Shown here: one piece after another, positions 11,889 through 23,936 of the stretch
How the letters are laid out: each line of letters starts with the position of its first letter
How positions within the stretch are numbered: position 1 is the first letter of the stretch
Source of the DNA: Octopus sinensis
Taxonomy: Eukaryota
DNA length: 64,000 nucleotides
Direction: 5' to 3'
NCBI RefSeq assembly: GCF_006345805.1
Contig: NC_043001.1
Coordinates: forward strand, 114,328,001-114,392,000
Position numbers and translations under genes: made by a program
The notes under the pieces: generated by a model
Seen by the model: the letters and a program-made list of their open reading frames with translations, nothing else
What the model was told of the DNA's origin: nothing
The model's database searches: none

Positions 11889-14779
11889 GGGCAAATCGAA
11901 GTGAAGTTGATACCCCCGTCAACGATGCTATCTCTGATGCCCTTTATTCTGCTTGTTCCCCAACTCCCGCCCCTCAGACTTCACAGCTCAGCATCGTCTA
12001 CACCAACTCGTGCTCCTTATTCCCAAAGTTCAGTGAACTATTTACACTGGCCCTACGCGACTCCTCTGATGTGATAGCTATCACCGAGACTTGGCTGACT
12101 CCAGCAGTAAAGGACTCAGAGATCCACCTGCATGGCTACGTCCTTTTCAGATGTGACAGAGGAAAAAGGCGAGGTGGAGGTGTTGCTGTGTATGTTAAGT
12201 CTGAGCACAAACCGTCCTGCGGTATTCTACCCACAAATGCTCAACCTACAACCTACAACCAAATTCGATGCCGTCTATTGCAAGCTGAGCCTATCTGAGT
12301 TTTGCCTGCCCGTGTTGGCTGTCTACAGGCCGCCTCTAGCCGACCCCCAGGACGATGCTCATCTACTCGAGGCGATAAGATTCGTTTCAGCTTCGCATGA
12401 CTGCTTGGTACTAGGCGACTTCAACGCTCCCATGATCGATTGGCCCGCATCAATTTGTACAACATCTTCCCGTTCGGCCAGGCCCTTCTTGACGTGGCTG
12501 AAGATTGTTTTCTATCGCAACATGTTGAATATCCGACAAGGCATCGGTCTGGGCAGCAGCCATCTATGCTAGATCTGGTATTCTCCCGCTATCCAAGATC
12601 AGTGTCAGACGTATCTGTGTGCGCCCCTCTTGCCAAGAGTGATCATGCGGTCCTGAAGTTCGTCATGCACACAACTTTTTCCACGCCCACGATTACTTCG
12701 CTGCCACGTAGAGTCTTCTCTGCAATTAATCTTGAAATTCTAACCGAGGCTTCCGCGCTTCTGGACTGGCGTTCCCTGATGACGTTGTCCTCAGTTGACG
12801 AACTATGGTCATCCCTCAAAGCATATGTAATCTGTTTGACTGACCAGGCAGTTCCCGATGGACTTCCCAAGAGGAAGAAACACAAGCCCTGGGTGACGAA
12901 GAAGGTTAAACGAGAACGTCGACTCAGAGATATTGCTTGGGCTGAATTCAAAAATCTGGATTCGACTGCAGCTTTTGAGGTGTACAAAACTCAACGAGAC
13001 CGAGCCGTGAAAATTGAAAAGAAAGAACGCTTCAGTTATGAATACAAAATCGCGGCAAATGCCAGTAGCAATCTAAAAACCTTCTTTGCCCATGTCCAGC
13101 GGAATTCCCGCTTGAACAACCAGATTGTAACATTGGCAGACTCAACAGGCGTATCGATTGAGGACCCTTATCAACAGAGTCAATTATTTGCCGAGGCTTT
13201 TTCAACTATTTTCAAACAAGATGATGGTCGTGAACCCCCTCCATTTGATAGATCGGTACCTCCAATGCTTCGATTGATCATCACGCGGGACCAAGTCAAA
13301 CGTGTTATTCAAGGCCTCGATGTCAACAAGGGTCACGGCCCTGACGGCATACACCCACGGGTTATCAAAGCGTTGGCTCCGGTCATCTGCGAGCCCTTAA
13401 CACGACTATTCAATATGTCATTGGCGACGGGTGTTATACCTGCAGACTGGAGAACAGCGATAATCTGCCCAATTTTCAAGAAAGGGAGCCGCGAAGACCC
13501 GCTTAACTACCGACCGGTTTCCCTTACATCAATAATCAGCAAGATGTTCGAAACCATCCTTAAGAAAAGTATGATGCTCCACCTCCTAAGCACAGCCTCG
13601 ATCACTGATTCCCACACGGCTTCGTGCCGAAGAGATCATGCTTGACCAACTTACTAGTAATGGAAGAATTGGTGACGCGCATCCTCGATGATAGTGATGC
13701 TGTTGACATCGTTTTATTGGACTTTGCCAAAGCTTTTGACTCGGTAAACCACCGCCTACTACTTGTCAAGCTTCAAGCATATAGTTTCCATCCGGATATT
13801 GTACGATGGGTTGGTGCCTTCCTCTCAGATCGCTCCTTCCAAGTTCAAGTTAATGGTTCGCGGTCCGACGTCTCCAGTGCGAGCAGTGGGTGTCCTCAAG
13901 GTTCAGTGCTTGGGCCCTTGTTGTTCTTAGTCTTCATAAATGACTTGCCCGACGACCTCACGCAACACACCCTTCTATTTGCCGACGATATCAAACTGGT
14001 CGCTCCTCGCGGTAGTATAGAGGATCTTCGTCGATGCCTCCACCAAATTTGGAAGTGGTCTAACGATTGGGACCTGTGTCTGAACGTGTCAAAGTGCTGT
14101 CATCTGCCTGTCGGCTCTACTCCTACAACTCAACTTGATTTCGAGCCGGGTCGTCTGCTGCTGGAGAGGACCGATCAGGTAAAGGACCTGGGTATCTTGG
14201 TGGATTCCTCCTTTTCGCCTTCGGCCCAGTGCGTCCATGCTGCCAACAAAGCGCGCGGAATTCTGTTTTTGATTCGACGGTCATTCGGAGTGCTCACAGC
14301 AGCCATATTCCTGCCACTCTATGTCACGCTGGTGAGACCCATATTGGAGTATGGGATTCAAGCCTCTTCTCCTTATCTCCTCAAAGACATACAGCACCTC
14401 GAAAGAGTCCAGAGGCTGGCTACCCGCCTGGTTCATGGTCTCAAAAATTTGTCCTACGAAGAAAGGCTGAGGACGCTCGACCTTTATTCTCTTGAAAAAC
14501 GCCGCCGCCGTGGTGATCTCATTCTCGCCCACAACATCATAAGCGGGAAGTGTAACCTCTCGAAAGAGCTGTTCTTCACTCCTGCTCCGGAGCGTCGGCT
14601 GCGGGGTCATTCCGAAAAGCTCTACCTGCGACGATTTCATCTCAATCGAAGGAGAGGAGCTTTCTCCGTCCGGGTTGCGGATCCGTGGAACAAGCTGCCA
14701 GATGAGATGGTGAAGATGCCGACGACCGCTTTGTTCAAAGGCCTCCCTGGACCTCAAGTGGCCTGAACTCTTTACATGA
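11885..14779 (+). pseudogene. LINE ORF2 (APE endonuclease + reverse transcriptase), frameshifted
   Basis: YTN, DVIAITETWL, YRPP, LGDFNAP, LDLVF, SDH; NYRPVSLTS, LDFAKAFDSV, GCPQGSVLGPLLF, FADD; four frameshifts near 12250, 12470, 13615 and 14738; restored C-terminus FKASLDLKWPELFT*. Confidence 0.93.
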
Positions 14780-14866
14780 ACACCACCCTGTACTTAACTC
14801 CATGTCCCCCTACATGGCCTTGCTATTTGCTTTTGAGCCAAATTAACTAACTAACTAACTAACTAA

Positions 14867-14867
<1 letters not shown>

Positions 14868-14897
<30 letters not shown>

Positions 14898-14903
14898 GTT
14901 ATC

Positions 14904-14934
<31 letters not shown>

Positions 14935-14962
14935 TTATTGTTATTATTATTATTTTTATTAT
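14868..14962. repeat. (ATT)n microsatellite directly after the LINE tail
   Basis: Directly visible. Confidence 0.95.
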
Positions 14963-15520
14963 TGAGTTAGAGCATGTCATCAAAGTGACACCCCTCTGAT
15001 AGGGGTACACTAGGCACATGAATCACAACCATGCGTGTGACATGGGGATCTCCTATCAAGATAAACAGCCCATGACCTCACAGCTGGGACCCTGTTAGAA
15101 TTTTTTTCATGTCTAGTAGCTCATCCTGCTCAAAAGGTCACTGAATAAGAGTTACCTAAGGATGTTGAACGAAAGACACATGTTTCCAAGTGTAAATTAT
15201 TCAAACCCCAAAGAATTCTTCTCAACACATGGTTATGATGCTCACCCACTATTTCTGCTCGTGATCAGAGATGCATATATCATCCGCCACTAAGGGACAT
15301 GGTCAACTGGTTAAGGGCAAACAACTGACGAGCAAATCTGTGGTATTGAGCAGAATTTGTTGTAACCCATATTTTATACCAAAACAAAACAATGTACATG
15401 ATAACACTTCCAATCAGTTAAGATCAGAAGCCATGAGAGCCACTGCCTGAGATTATTATTATTATTATTATTGTTGTTGTTGTTGTTGTTGTTGTTGTTA
15501 ATTTTCTCCCACAATTATTG

Positions 15521-16723
15521 GTACTACTGGTACTAATAATGAAAATACCTTAAAATTTCAAAGAAATATATTTGGAGATGTGTTTCGACCGCTTTCGAGG
15601 GTAATTACAGTTTGAGTTCTACGAGGTGTGGACTCGTACAAAGTTTGAATTGTTTCCGAAGGAATTTTTGTCCATTTTTCAGCTAAACCAGTGTCCAGTT
15701 CTTGTAGTGATGATGCGGGAAGATATCAACTCCTTACTTGTTTTTTCTAAAATGCACCATAAATGTTTAATGATATTGAGATCTAGGTACCGTGGTGGCC
15801 AGATAAAATGTTAAACTTCACTAGAATGTTCCTCGTAACATTCAGTAACAACTTTAGCTGTGTGAATTGGTGCATTTGCATCGTGAAAGATTCCGTTTTC
15901 CTCCGGAAGCAGTTCCGCGACCAAAGAATGAATTTGATCTGATAAAAGGTTTAAATAGTCTTGACTCTTAATTCTACCATGAAGGGAAACCATTGGGCCG
16001 GCGGATTTCCAAGATATAGCCCTCCAGATCATCACTGATCCTCCTCCATGTTTAACTTTTGGAAGAAGGCAGTCTGGTTCAAATGACCATTTTGGCTGTC
16101 CCCACACGTATCCTTGTCCAGTCGTCGGTAATAATGTAAAGGATGACTCGTCTGAGAAAACAGCATTCTTCCACTCCTCTAAGAGCCAATTCTGTAGGTT
16201 TTTACTGCACTCTAAACGCTTTGCAACATTTGTTTTTGAAAGTAGTAGTTTCCTGATCGCAGCCCTCTCGTGAAATTAGGCGAACAGTTTTTGTGGAAAC
16301 TGGATTCTCGACGTGTCATTAAGCTCTGCAGTAATTTTAGGAGATGTACTTTTGTGATCCTTTCTAACAATTCACGTAAGGGTCCGACAGTCCCTATCTG
16401 AAAGTTTTGGTTTTCTTCCGGAGTTTTGTTTCGACGAAGAGGTTTTTCCCTCTCTCAAAGCTGTCATTGCTTTCGAGACAGTACTTCTTGATACACCAAA
16501 CATTTCTGCTGTTTTCGTTATGCTAGCGCCTACCATACGAGCACCAACATTTGAATGAAGTTTAATTAACTTTTTCTGATGATATCTGAAAAGAAACACT
16601 AACGTTAGCAAAACATATTAAGCAACACTAATAATAAATCAAAATAACATAAGAATAAACAAACCTTTGACGGTTTTATGATGCTATGATGCTAGGTGTT
16701 TCCATTATTTTGTCCAACCACAG
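15521..16723 (-). mobile_element. degenerate Tc1-family (DD34E) DNA transposon
   Basis: KQNSGRKPKLSDRD HTH region, VKHGGGSVMIW, FHDANAPIHTAKVV, WPPRYLDLNIIKHLW; TIR TA|CTGTGGTTGGACAAAATAATGGAAACACC at 16695-16725 with decayed partner at about 15521-15549. Confidence 0.88.
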
Positions 16724-16941
16724 TATATATATATATATACACATATATATATGCATATATGCATATATATGTGTATATATATATACATATATATATATAT
16801 AAGTGGTATATAAATATATATAGATATACATACTCACATATATAGTCACATACAATGAACATATATACACACAAGCACACAGACGTGCACACACGCATGC
16901 ACACTCAAACACATACACACACATACGCAAACATATATATA

Positions 16942-16976
<35 letters not shown>

Positions 16977-17039
16977 GAATCTATCTATCGCTTTCCTAAC
17001 CTTCAGGATATTAAACTGTTGCTATATTTGCGAGTTTAT

Positions 17040-17082
17040 TATTGTTACTGTTGTTGTTGTTGTTGTTGTTGTTATTCCTCTT

Positions 17083-17113
<31 letters not shown>

Positions 17114-17125
17114 TTATTATTATTA

Positions 17126-17197
<72 letters not shown>

Positions 17198-17370
17198 TAT
17201 TATTAGTAGTAATAGTAGTAGAAGTAATAGTATTATTAGTAGTAGTCTTAGTATAATTATTATTGCTGTTGTTGTTATGGCTGTTATTGTTGTTGCTCTC
17301 GTCCTCGTTGCAATTGTTATTGTTAGTTGTGGTGCGGATGGCGCTGCGGTTCTTGTTTTGTTGTTATTAC
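17040..17370. repeat. compound (GTT)n(CTT)n(ATT)n(AGT)n microsatellite
   Basis: Directly visible. Confidence 0.9.
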
Positions 17371-18412
17371 TATCAAAATTTACCAAAATAATAAATACAT
17401 ATACACAGATATGTTCATACTTGTATGCTTACATATTACTCTCTCTTCACATACATATATACACATACATATATGTGTGTGTATCTTTATGTGTGAACCT
17501 GAGTACGTGTATACATACACACACACACACACACACACACTCACATATATATATATATATGCTTATGCATGCAAGCAAACAGACAGCCAGACACACACTC
17601 GCACACACACACTCAGACACGCATATATATATATGTACATACAACTATATATCCGCACGTTTGTATGTATGCAAGCCCCAGGAAATCAGAACGGTGCAAT
17701 GTGACAATAAAGTTAATTATCAGCGTGTTACACACCGAACCGTTCATTGCCTCTCCAACATTACGTGATAAGTGTTTATTTAGCCAGAATCTACCTTCCT
17801 TAATCAATTTATGCGCAACATTTCTCCCTCAAACACACTGTAATCTGTAACTTCACATATAGGCATAAACACCAAGATTGTCCACAAATATTGTCATGTG
17901 TGGAGTGTCTCTTCTGTTGCCAGTTTATAAATACATACACAAAAGTTTATTCAAAAATCCTTTACATTTATATAAGGTGTGTGGATAGCTAAATATGTAT
18001 TTATGTACATATACACCCTCCACACATACACATGGACATATACGCACACACATACACAGTTATACACACGTGCAGGCGTACACACTCATAATTCACGAAA
18101 AAGAATTGTATTTAAAGTGGTTTCAATGTATGGGCCAGCTAAACCATCATCGGACTGTGGCGTATTAAATTAATCATTGTGTTATTGAGTTTCGAGATAA
18201 TTTTTTTCTGGTGTTTGTGGGGTACAGAAAATGTGGGGTACAGTAAATGTAAATTAGGGTGTAGTGTGGGTTGTAATGGAGAGGTGTTGTGAAGAAATTT
18301 TATTCATTATATTTTGGATTATATTTTTGTCCAAAATTTCTTCATGGCTGTAAAACTTTCTAAACAGGTATATATATATATAATATATATATATATATTA
18401 TATATATATATA

Positions 18413-20230
18413 TTTGAGTAATTGAATGAATTATCTTATTAAGGATAATTCGAAAGATAACCGATACCTGGGTAGCAAATTCACATCAGAAAGAACACGG
18501 TTGAAGCTACGTCCCTAGGGCATAGACTACGTGTCTTCGTGCGGAAATGTGTATGTTTATTTTAAAATTATAAGTATATGAAAGAATGGAGTTGAACGAC
18601 TAGTTAACAAATATCCTTTATTCTCGACATATGTTTCGAAGGCTGAACATTCCTAATTCCGAAGGAATAAGGAGTACATTATGTAGATTTCTCATCAGGA
18701 AAATCATATATATATATAGGTTTGTCAGCTGCAGGTCACGGTATTGTTTTTTTGTTTGTTTTTGAAAGATTAAGTTGACAGGTAAAGTTAAATTTCGTTC
18801 TGGTGGATGTGTCCTTATTTTTGTTTTTTTATTTATAGTTTTATTGCAGTTAGACCTTTGCTTTGGGAACGTAAACTTCATTTGTCCAGTATTTAACAAC
18901 TTAGCAATAGGAATTATGGTTGTCAACCATATCATAATGCAGTTTTTAAGGGTTCACAAAGACATATAAATAGATGGTATGCTTTAGCTGGTCAGTAAGT
19001 TTTTCACTTAGAGGTGATGTTACGATATTTTCTGTGTGGAAGGTGTAATTTATTAATCAAGCATGCGATGGTGTTGTTAGTATACACTTCTGCTTTCATG
19101 TTCAAAAGTGGGTGGGTAGGTGTAAAGGTTGTCGGTCAGTACATTTCTCTCAACGGATTCTTTGTTTCACAAGCAATTTAATTGATATTAATACGTTTGT
19201 ATGTTATGAAAGCCGGGTTTGTAGGTTATATGTTTATGAAACTTTCTTCAATTCTATTTCAAATGTGGGTATTTTATGATATAATATTTTAGGCCTATGG
19301 GTATATGTAAAAGTTGGGCACTATAAAAAAAACTCATTTATAAAAACAGCAATGAAAATAATATCCATTTAAAAAAAATATTTACTTATTTAAATTTGTT
19401 AAAATTAATTACAAAGAAAGAATAACAATTATCTGCACCGAAAAAAACATATTTTTATGTGAGTGCATATAGATTACTCTGCTTGTGTTAGAAAATATTT
19501 CAGGGGATTTTGGTTGGAGATTGCGACATTTTAAAATAATTCCTAAGTACCTGTTCAGTGTAAATCTGTAAAAACAGTTTTTATGTACAGCTTAGGAGGG
19601 AAAATGCTGATATATATTTTACCCGTTATAAAAAACAATATTGGTCTGAAATGGTTTAAGATTTTGTTTTTGCATGAAGAGAAAAGATCGCAGTTTCGGT
19701 TCAGAATTAGGTCAGAATTTATAATACCGTCGGATTCATTGGTACAAAGTGAAAAGGGTTAGCTGATTCAATGGTATGATAGTGATTGTGAGACTATTTT
19801 CCAAATGAGGCTAAATGGTTCTTTATATTTTGATGTCCATATATGTATGGATATGTTTGGTTGCGCAAAGTGTGCTTTTGTTGGTGGTTGTATCGTGTCT
19901 TGAACTAGTTTGTTTCAGATCCTATTTATGTAGATTATTGTAGTTGGTTACCGCTGCAATACACACGAGATTTATTGAGCGACAATTTCCTTCGATAGGG
20001 AAGGATAAACGTGTCGTACAACTGCAATTGTTAATATGATTTACGTTTTCATTTTAAGGAATGCTTAATGGTTATTGGTAGCTACATGTTTTCAAAGTCG
20101 TTGATTGCACAATATGATAATTTTAGGTTGTGTTTATGTATTAGGTTGCAGTGCTTGTGACTGCAGTGGAAATGCTTTTGTAACATTTTGAAAAATATAT
20201 TAGTGCTGAGATTTTTATGTTGTTAATTCT
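18413..20230 (-). mobile_element. Penelope-like element remnant: two tandem GIY-YIG C-terminal segments followed by a hammerhead-bearing pLTR-like segment
   Basis: 19620-20230: KHFHCSHKHCNLIHKHNLKLSYC..FKTRYNH..IWTSKYKEPFSLIWKIV..LCTNE..LNRNCDLFSSCKNK; weaker second copy about 18790-19290; hammerhead at 18620-18704. Confidence 0.7.
18620..18704 (-). ncRNA. type I hammerhead ribozyme, complete core
   Basis: Minus strand AUUUUC-CUGAUGA-G(54-nt helix II)C-GAAA-CAUAUGUC^GAGAAU; helix I AUUUUC/GAGAAU; palindromic helix III ACAUAUGU; GUC cleavage triplet. Confidence 0.8.
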
Positions 20231-20952
20231 TTTAATCGACAGTGTAAAGAGTGTGTCATTTTTATGACCGGCACATAATGTAATAATTTCCTAATGATAC
20301 GCTTTTCGTCCGAGATTTGGGCTGCTATTATTACATCTTACTGCGGAAAATATTAATGAATCTTTATAATTATCACAACATAGCTATGCTGAATTTTTAC
20401 CTCTCAGCCTTGAATTTTAGCATGAAATTAAATAAAATATTAATAATGTTAAACGTGCAGATTCGTCCATATATATTGCTTTATCAGTGCCTGAAATATC
20501 AAGGCAATATGTTTCGTTATACACAAATTTGTTCTTCCATATACACATACATAAACATATAAATGATGCACAGATGTTTACAGGCACAAGGGCACACACG
20601 CGCACACATACCCACACGCGCGCTTTTATACATATATAGAGAGAGGGAGAGGAGAGGGGGGAGGTAGGAGGAGGGAGAGAAATAGAGAGGGAATTGAGTT
20701 CGGTTAGCTCGCCGGCGATTTTTCGATTATATTCACTTAACCGTTTGTGGTGTTGTGTTAAATTTCAAATTCCATGCGTTGCTATTTTTCCAGCCTTATA
20801 ATGTAAGGACTATTTATCTATCTAGTATCTTCCTTTCTATAACTGTTATCTGTCTATCTACATGTCTGTCATCTGTCTGTATCGGTACCCATCCGTTAAA
20901 GTTTGTAAATACAATATTTTCTCAATTACTGCGCTTACATGTATTTACATGA

Positions 20953-21013
<61 letters not shown>

Positions 21014-21484
21014 TGTGTGTGTGTGTGTGTGCAATATGTCAAAGCCAAACAAAATGCATATCATAAAAACATTGTTTTCTGATATGATAAATTTATTAAT
21101 TAATGTCTCTGTTAATGAGCAAGAAAATTTTATACAAATTACGTCTACATTTGTTCGTATTTGGCATTTATATTCTTTGCAAAATCACAGCTCATTAATA
21201 ATATAATTAGATTTATACAACACTCAAATACTCGTTTCGTAATTATTTTAGCGAATCCATCGAGAATTGCTGTCCACTCTAATATAATTAGTTTGAGAGA
21301 AATATTCGAAAAAACAATTTACGTGGTTTTCATACGCAGCAAATATTAAAATAGATTCTTTTTCAAATGATCCATACGAAGAGAAACAAAGAGGTTGAAA
21401 GAGAGAGAGAAAGAAAGAGAGAGAGAGCGGGTCATGGACAAAGAGAGTGAATGAGAAGGAGCAGGAGAGTGTAATAAGGAAAGG

Positions 21485-21872
21485 TATTCTTTCTAATCTA
21501 GGCACAAGGCCCGACATTTTGAGGTGGGTGGCAGTCGATTAGATCGACTCCAGTACGCTGTTGGTACTTGATTTATCGACCCCCAAAAGTATGAAAGGCG
21601 AAGTCGATCTCGGCGGAATTTGAAATCAGGACGTAAAGACAGACGAAATACCTATTTCTTTACTACCCACAAGGGGCTAAACACAGAGAGGACAAGCAAG
21701 AACAGACAAACGGATTAAGTCGATTATATCGACCCCAGTGCGTAGCTAGTACTTATTTAATCGACCCCAAAAGTATGAAAGGCGAAGTCGATCTCGGCGG
21801 AATTTGAACTCAGGACGTAGTGGCAGACGAAATACCACTAAGCATTTCGCCTGGCGTACTGACGTTTCTGCC
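21485..21872 (-). mobile_element. SINE family D, dimeric form (head+body+tail X, then body+tail Y)
   Basis: Reverse complement of the family D consensus; internal junction AAAGAAATA|GGTATTTCGTC at about 21652. Confidence 0.85.
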
Positions 21873-22577
21873 TTTCATAAGGAAAGATATTGTCTCACGT
21901 AGTACGTTAAATTTTGCATTTAGAATAGCAACCTTAGAAGTGCTGCGAAATATGAGTTGTTAGCGCTAGGCTCGAATTTCTGGTAGTGGGGTGGGATGTT
22001 TCGGTTCTCTACTGTCGGAATTCCCATCCCGCTATGATGAACTTTGCTTTAATTTTTAGAAATTTTTTAAAGGTTAGATTAAAAGTTCTAATTCCACATG
22101 TCGGATATATCCTTGTTTTATTCTCTCTGAGTCTTTGTATTCCGATTACCACGAAATTGGGACCAAGTTGTATCGGTATAATTAGGCCGTTCTCCCTAGA
22201 TAGCAACGGAGAGGGAATAGCTGTATGCATGGGAAATTGCCAGTAATCTTCCGTATACATGGGCGAAATGGGTCAAAACTGACTGAGGCCCCTGAACTTA
22301 AAATATTGAACACGTATTAATTGTTATGTCTAGCTTTACTATGAAGTAAAGACGGGACTTCATTAAACTCTGTTCCTTATCAATACCATACTTTGCAAAA
22401 GTAGGTAAAATAGATAAAAAGACTCTATGTATAGACTTATGTAATCACCTTTTGTAGGCAAGAGAGGGAAAAAGGTTCAGCCGGACTGTTTTTAAATATG
22501 CATTAGAATAACCTCTTGAACTGACCGCATTTCTACAGCACATAGCATATTTTTACTAAATGCTTTTACTAAGTACT

Positions 22578-22891
22578 GTGGAGGCGCAATGGCCCAGAGG
22601 TAAGGGCAGCGGACTCGCGGTCGGAGGATCGCGGTTTCGATGCTCAGACCGGGTGTTGTGTGTGTTTATTAAGCGAAAACACCTAAATAGCTCCACGAGG
22701 ATCCAATAAGGGATGGTGGTGACCCCTGTTGTACTCTTTCGTCACAACTTTCTCTCACACTCGCTTCTTGTTTCTTGAGTAACGCTGCGATGGACTGGCG
22801 TCCAGTCCAGCTGGGGAGGACAGATCCGCCACAGAAACCGGGAAACCGGGTCCATGAGCCCGGCTAGGCTTGAAAAAGGCGACGTTTATCG
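22578..22891 (+). mobile_element. chimeric SINE C (family B head/body + family A tail)
   Basis: Matches B up to about 22775, then A tail TGAGTAACGCTGCGATGGACTGGCG; 13-bp TSD TTTACTAAGTACT at 22565-22577 and 22892-22904. Confidence 0.85.
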
Positions 22892-22904
22892 TTTACTAAG
22901 TACT

Positions 22905-23460
22905 AAAAGCAGAAGTACTAATGGAGTGGCTTACATTAGATATGTACAAAGGAAAGCCGAAATGCCGTAATAGGGGAAGCAATATTGAAAGCAGGTGGTT
23001 GTTAGACGTTCTCAATACGTTCGAGATTTTAGAAAAAATTGGGCGTCATAAATTTATAGTTGGCAGACTCAAAGAAGTTCAACTTTTTGGTTATGTATCA
23101 CAATGATGTAGAAATTATGAGACAGTTTTGGAAGGACAAGTACCAGTCTAGAGGATAATGTTCGAGGCGGTGAGCTGGCAGAGACGTTAGCACGCCGGGC
23201 GAAATGTGTAGCCGTATTTCGTCTGCCGTTACGTTCTGAGTTCAAATTCCGCCGAGGTCGACTTTGCCTTTCATCCTTTCGGGGTCGATAAATTAAATGC
23301 CAGTTACGCACCGGGGTAGATGTAATCGACTTAATCCGTTTGTCTGTCCTTGTCTGTCCCCTCTGTGTTTAGCCCCTTGTGGGCAATAAAGAAATAGATA
23401 ATGTTCGAGGGTAATGGAACGGATATATTGAAGGCAAGGCTACCAGTTTTGTGTTTTTGA
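22905..23460 (+). mobile_element. degenerate RTE-like LINE C-terminal fragment, interrupted by a SINE D
   Basis: LEKIGRHKFIVGRLKEVQLFGYVSQ*..TVLEGQV resembles RTE 'KL..FGHV.R..ILEG.V'. Confidence 0.4.
23165..23396 (+). mobile_element. SINE family D monomer (tail X)
   Basis: GGCGGTGAGCTGGCAG head, B-box GAGTTCAAATTCC; 14-bp TSD GATAATGTTCGAGG at 23154-23167 and 23397-23410. Confidence 0.9.
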
Positions 23461-23936
23461 GGTCTTCATTAGGATTTAATCACACTCAGTGTGTTTGCGA
23501 GCGTGATTTTTAAAAACTTAATGGAGTGGATAAAGAATCTTTTAGAGCGGGTGCCGAGGTGGTTGTGCTTTATTGACGCAGACGCAAACAGGGCAGCAAA
23601 AATTTATATCTCTGAGTGACTATTGCTTATGAAGCCAATATGGTTATAAAATTGTAGGGAGGAAGACCCTGAGAATTTAGTAGAGACCCTAAGGGAAATA
23701 GGATGGTTGAAAAGCTTGCAATCAATGTGATACACGGATGCAAAAACATATGTTTTGGGATGGGAATCTTCTTGGAGTTGTCGTGATGCATAAAAAACCA
23801 CTCGGTGGAAATATTCAACTTTTCCAGATGTTTTCGAAAGTGATCTGCACTTTACTAATACAGTGCATCTATATAAGAACATACTGACGTTTGCTTCAGA
23901 CACCCCCTTTAACACTGAAATACACCTGGTATAGTA

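Larger units (their letters stand above)
10230..14867 (+). mobile_element. near full-length CR1/Jockey-group LINE
   Basis: ORF1 plus APE-RT ORF2, short 3' UTR with stem-loop and (TAAC)n tail at 14844-14867; 5' boundary estimated from the GC shift only. Confidence 0.92.

Noticed and set aside
14844-14867. (TAAC)n as telomere-like repeat
   Set aside because: Short, sits at the LINE 3' end; differs from TTAGGG
15571-15612. Hammerhead-like GGTC-GAAAC on the minus strand
   Set aside because: No CUGANGA; corresponds to the Tc1 transposase C-terminus
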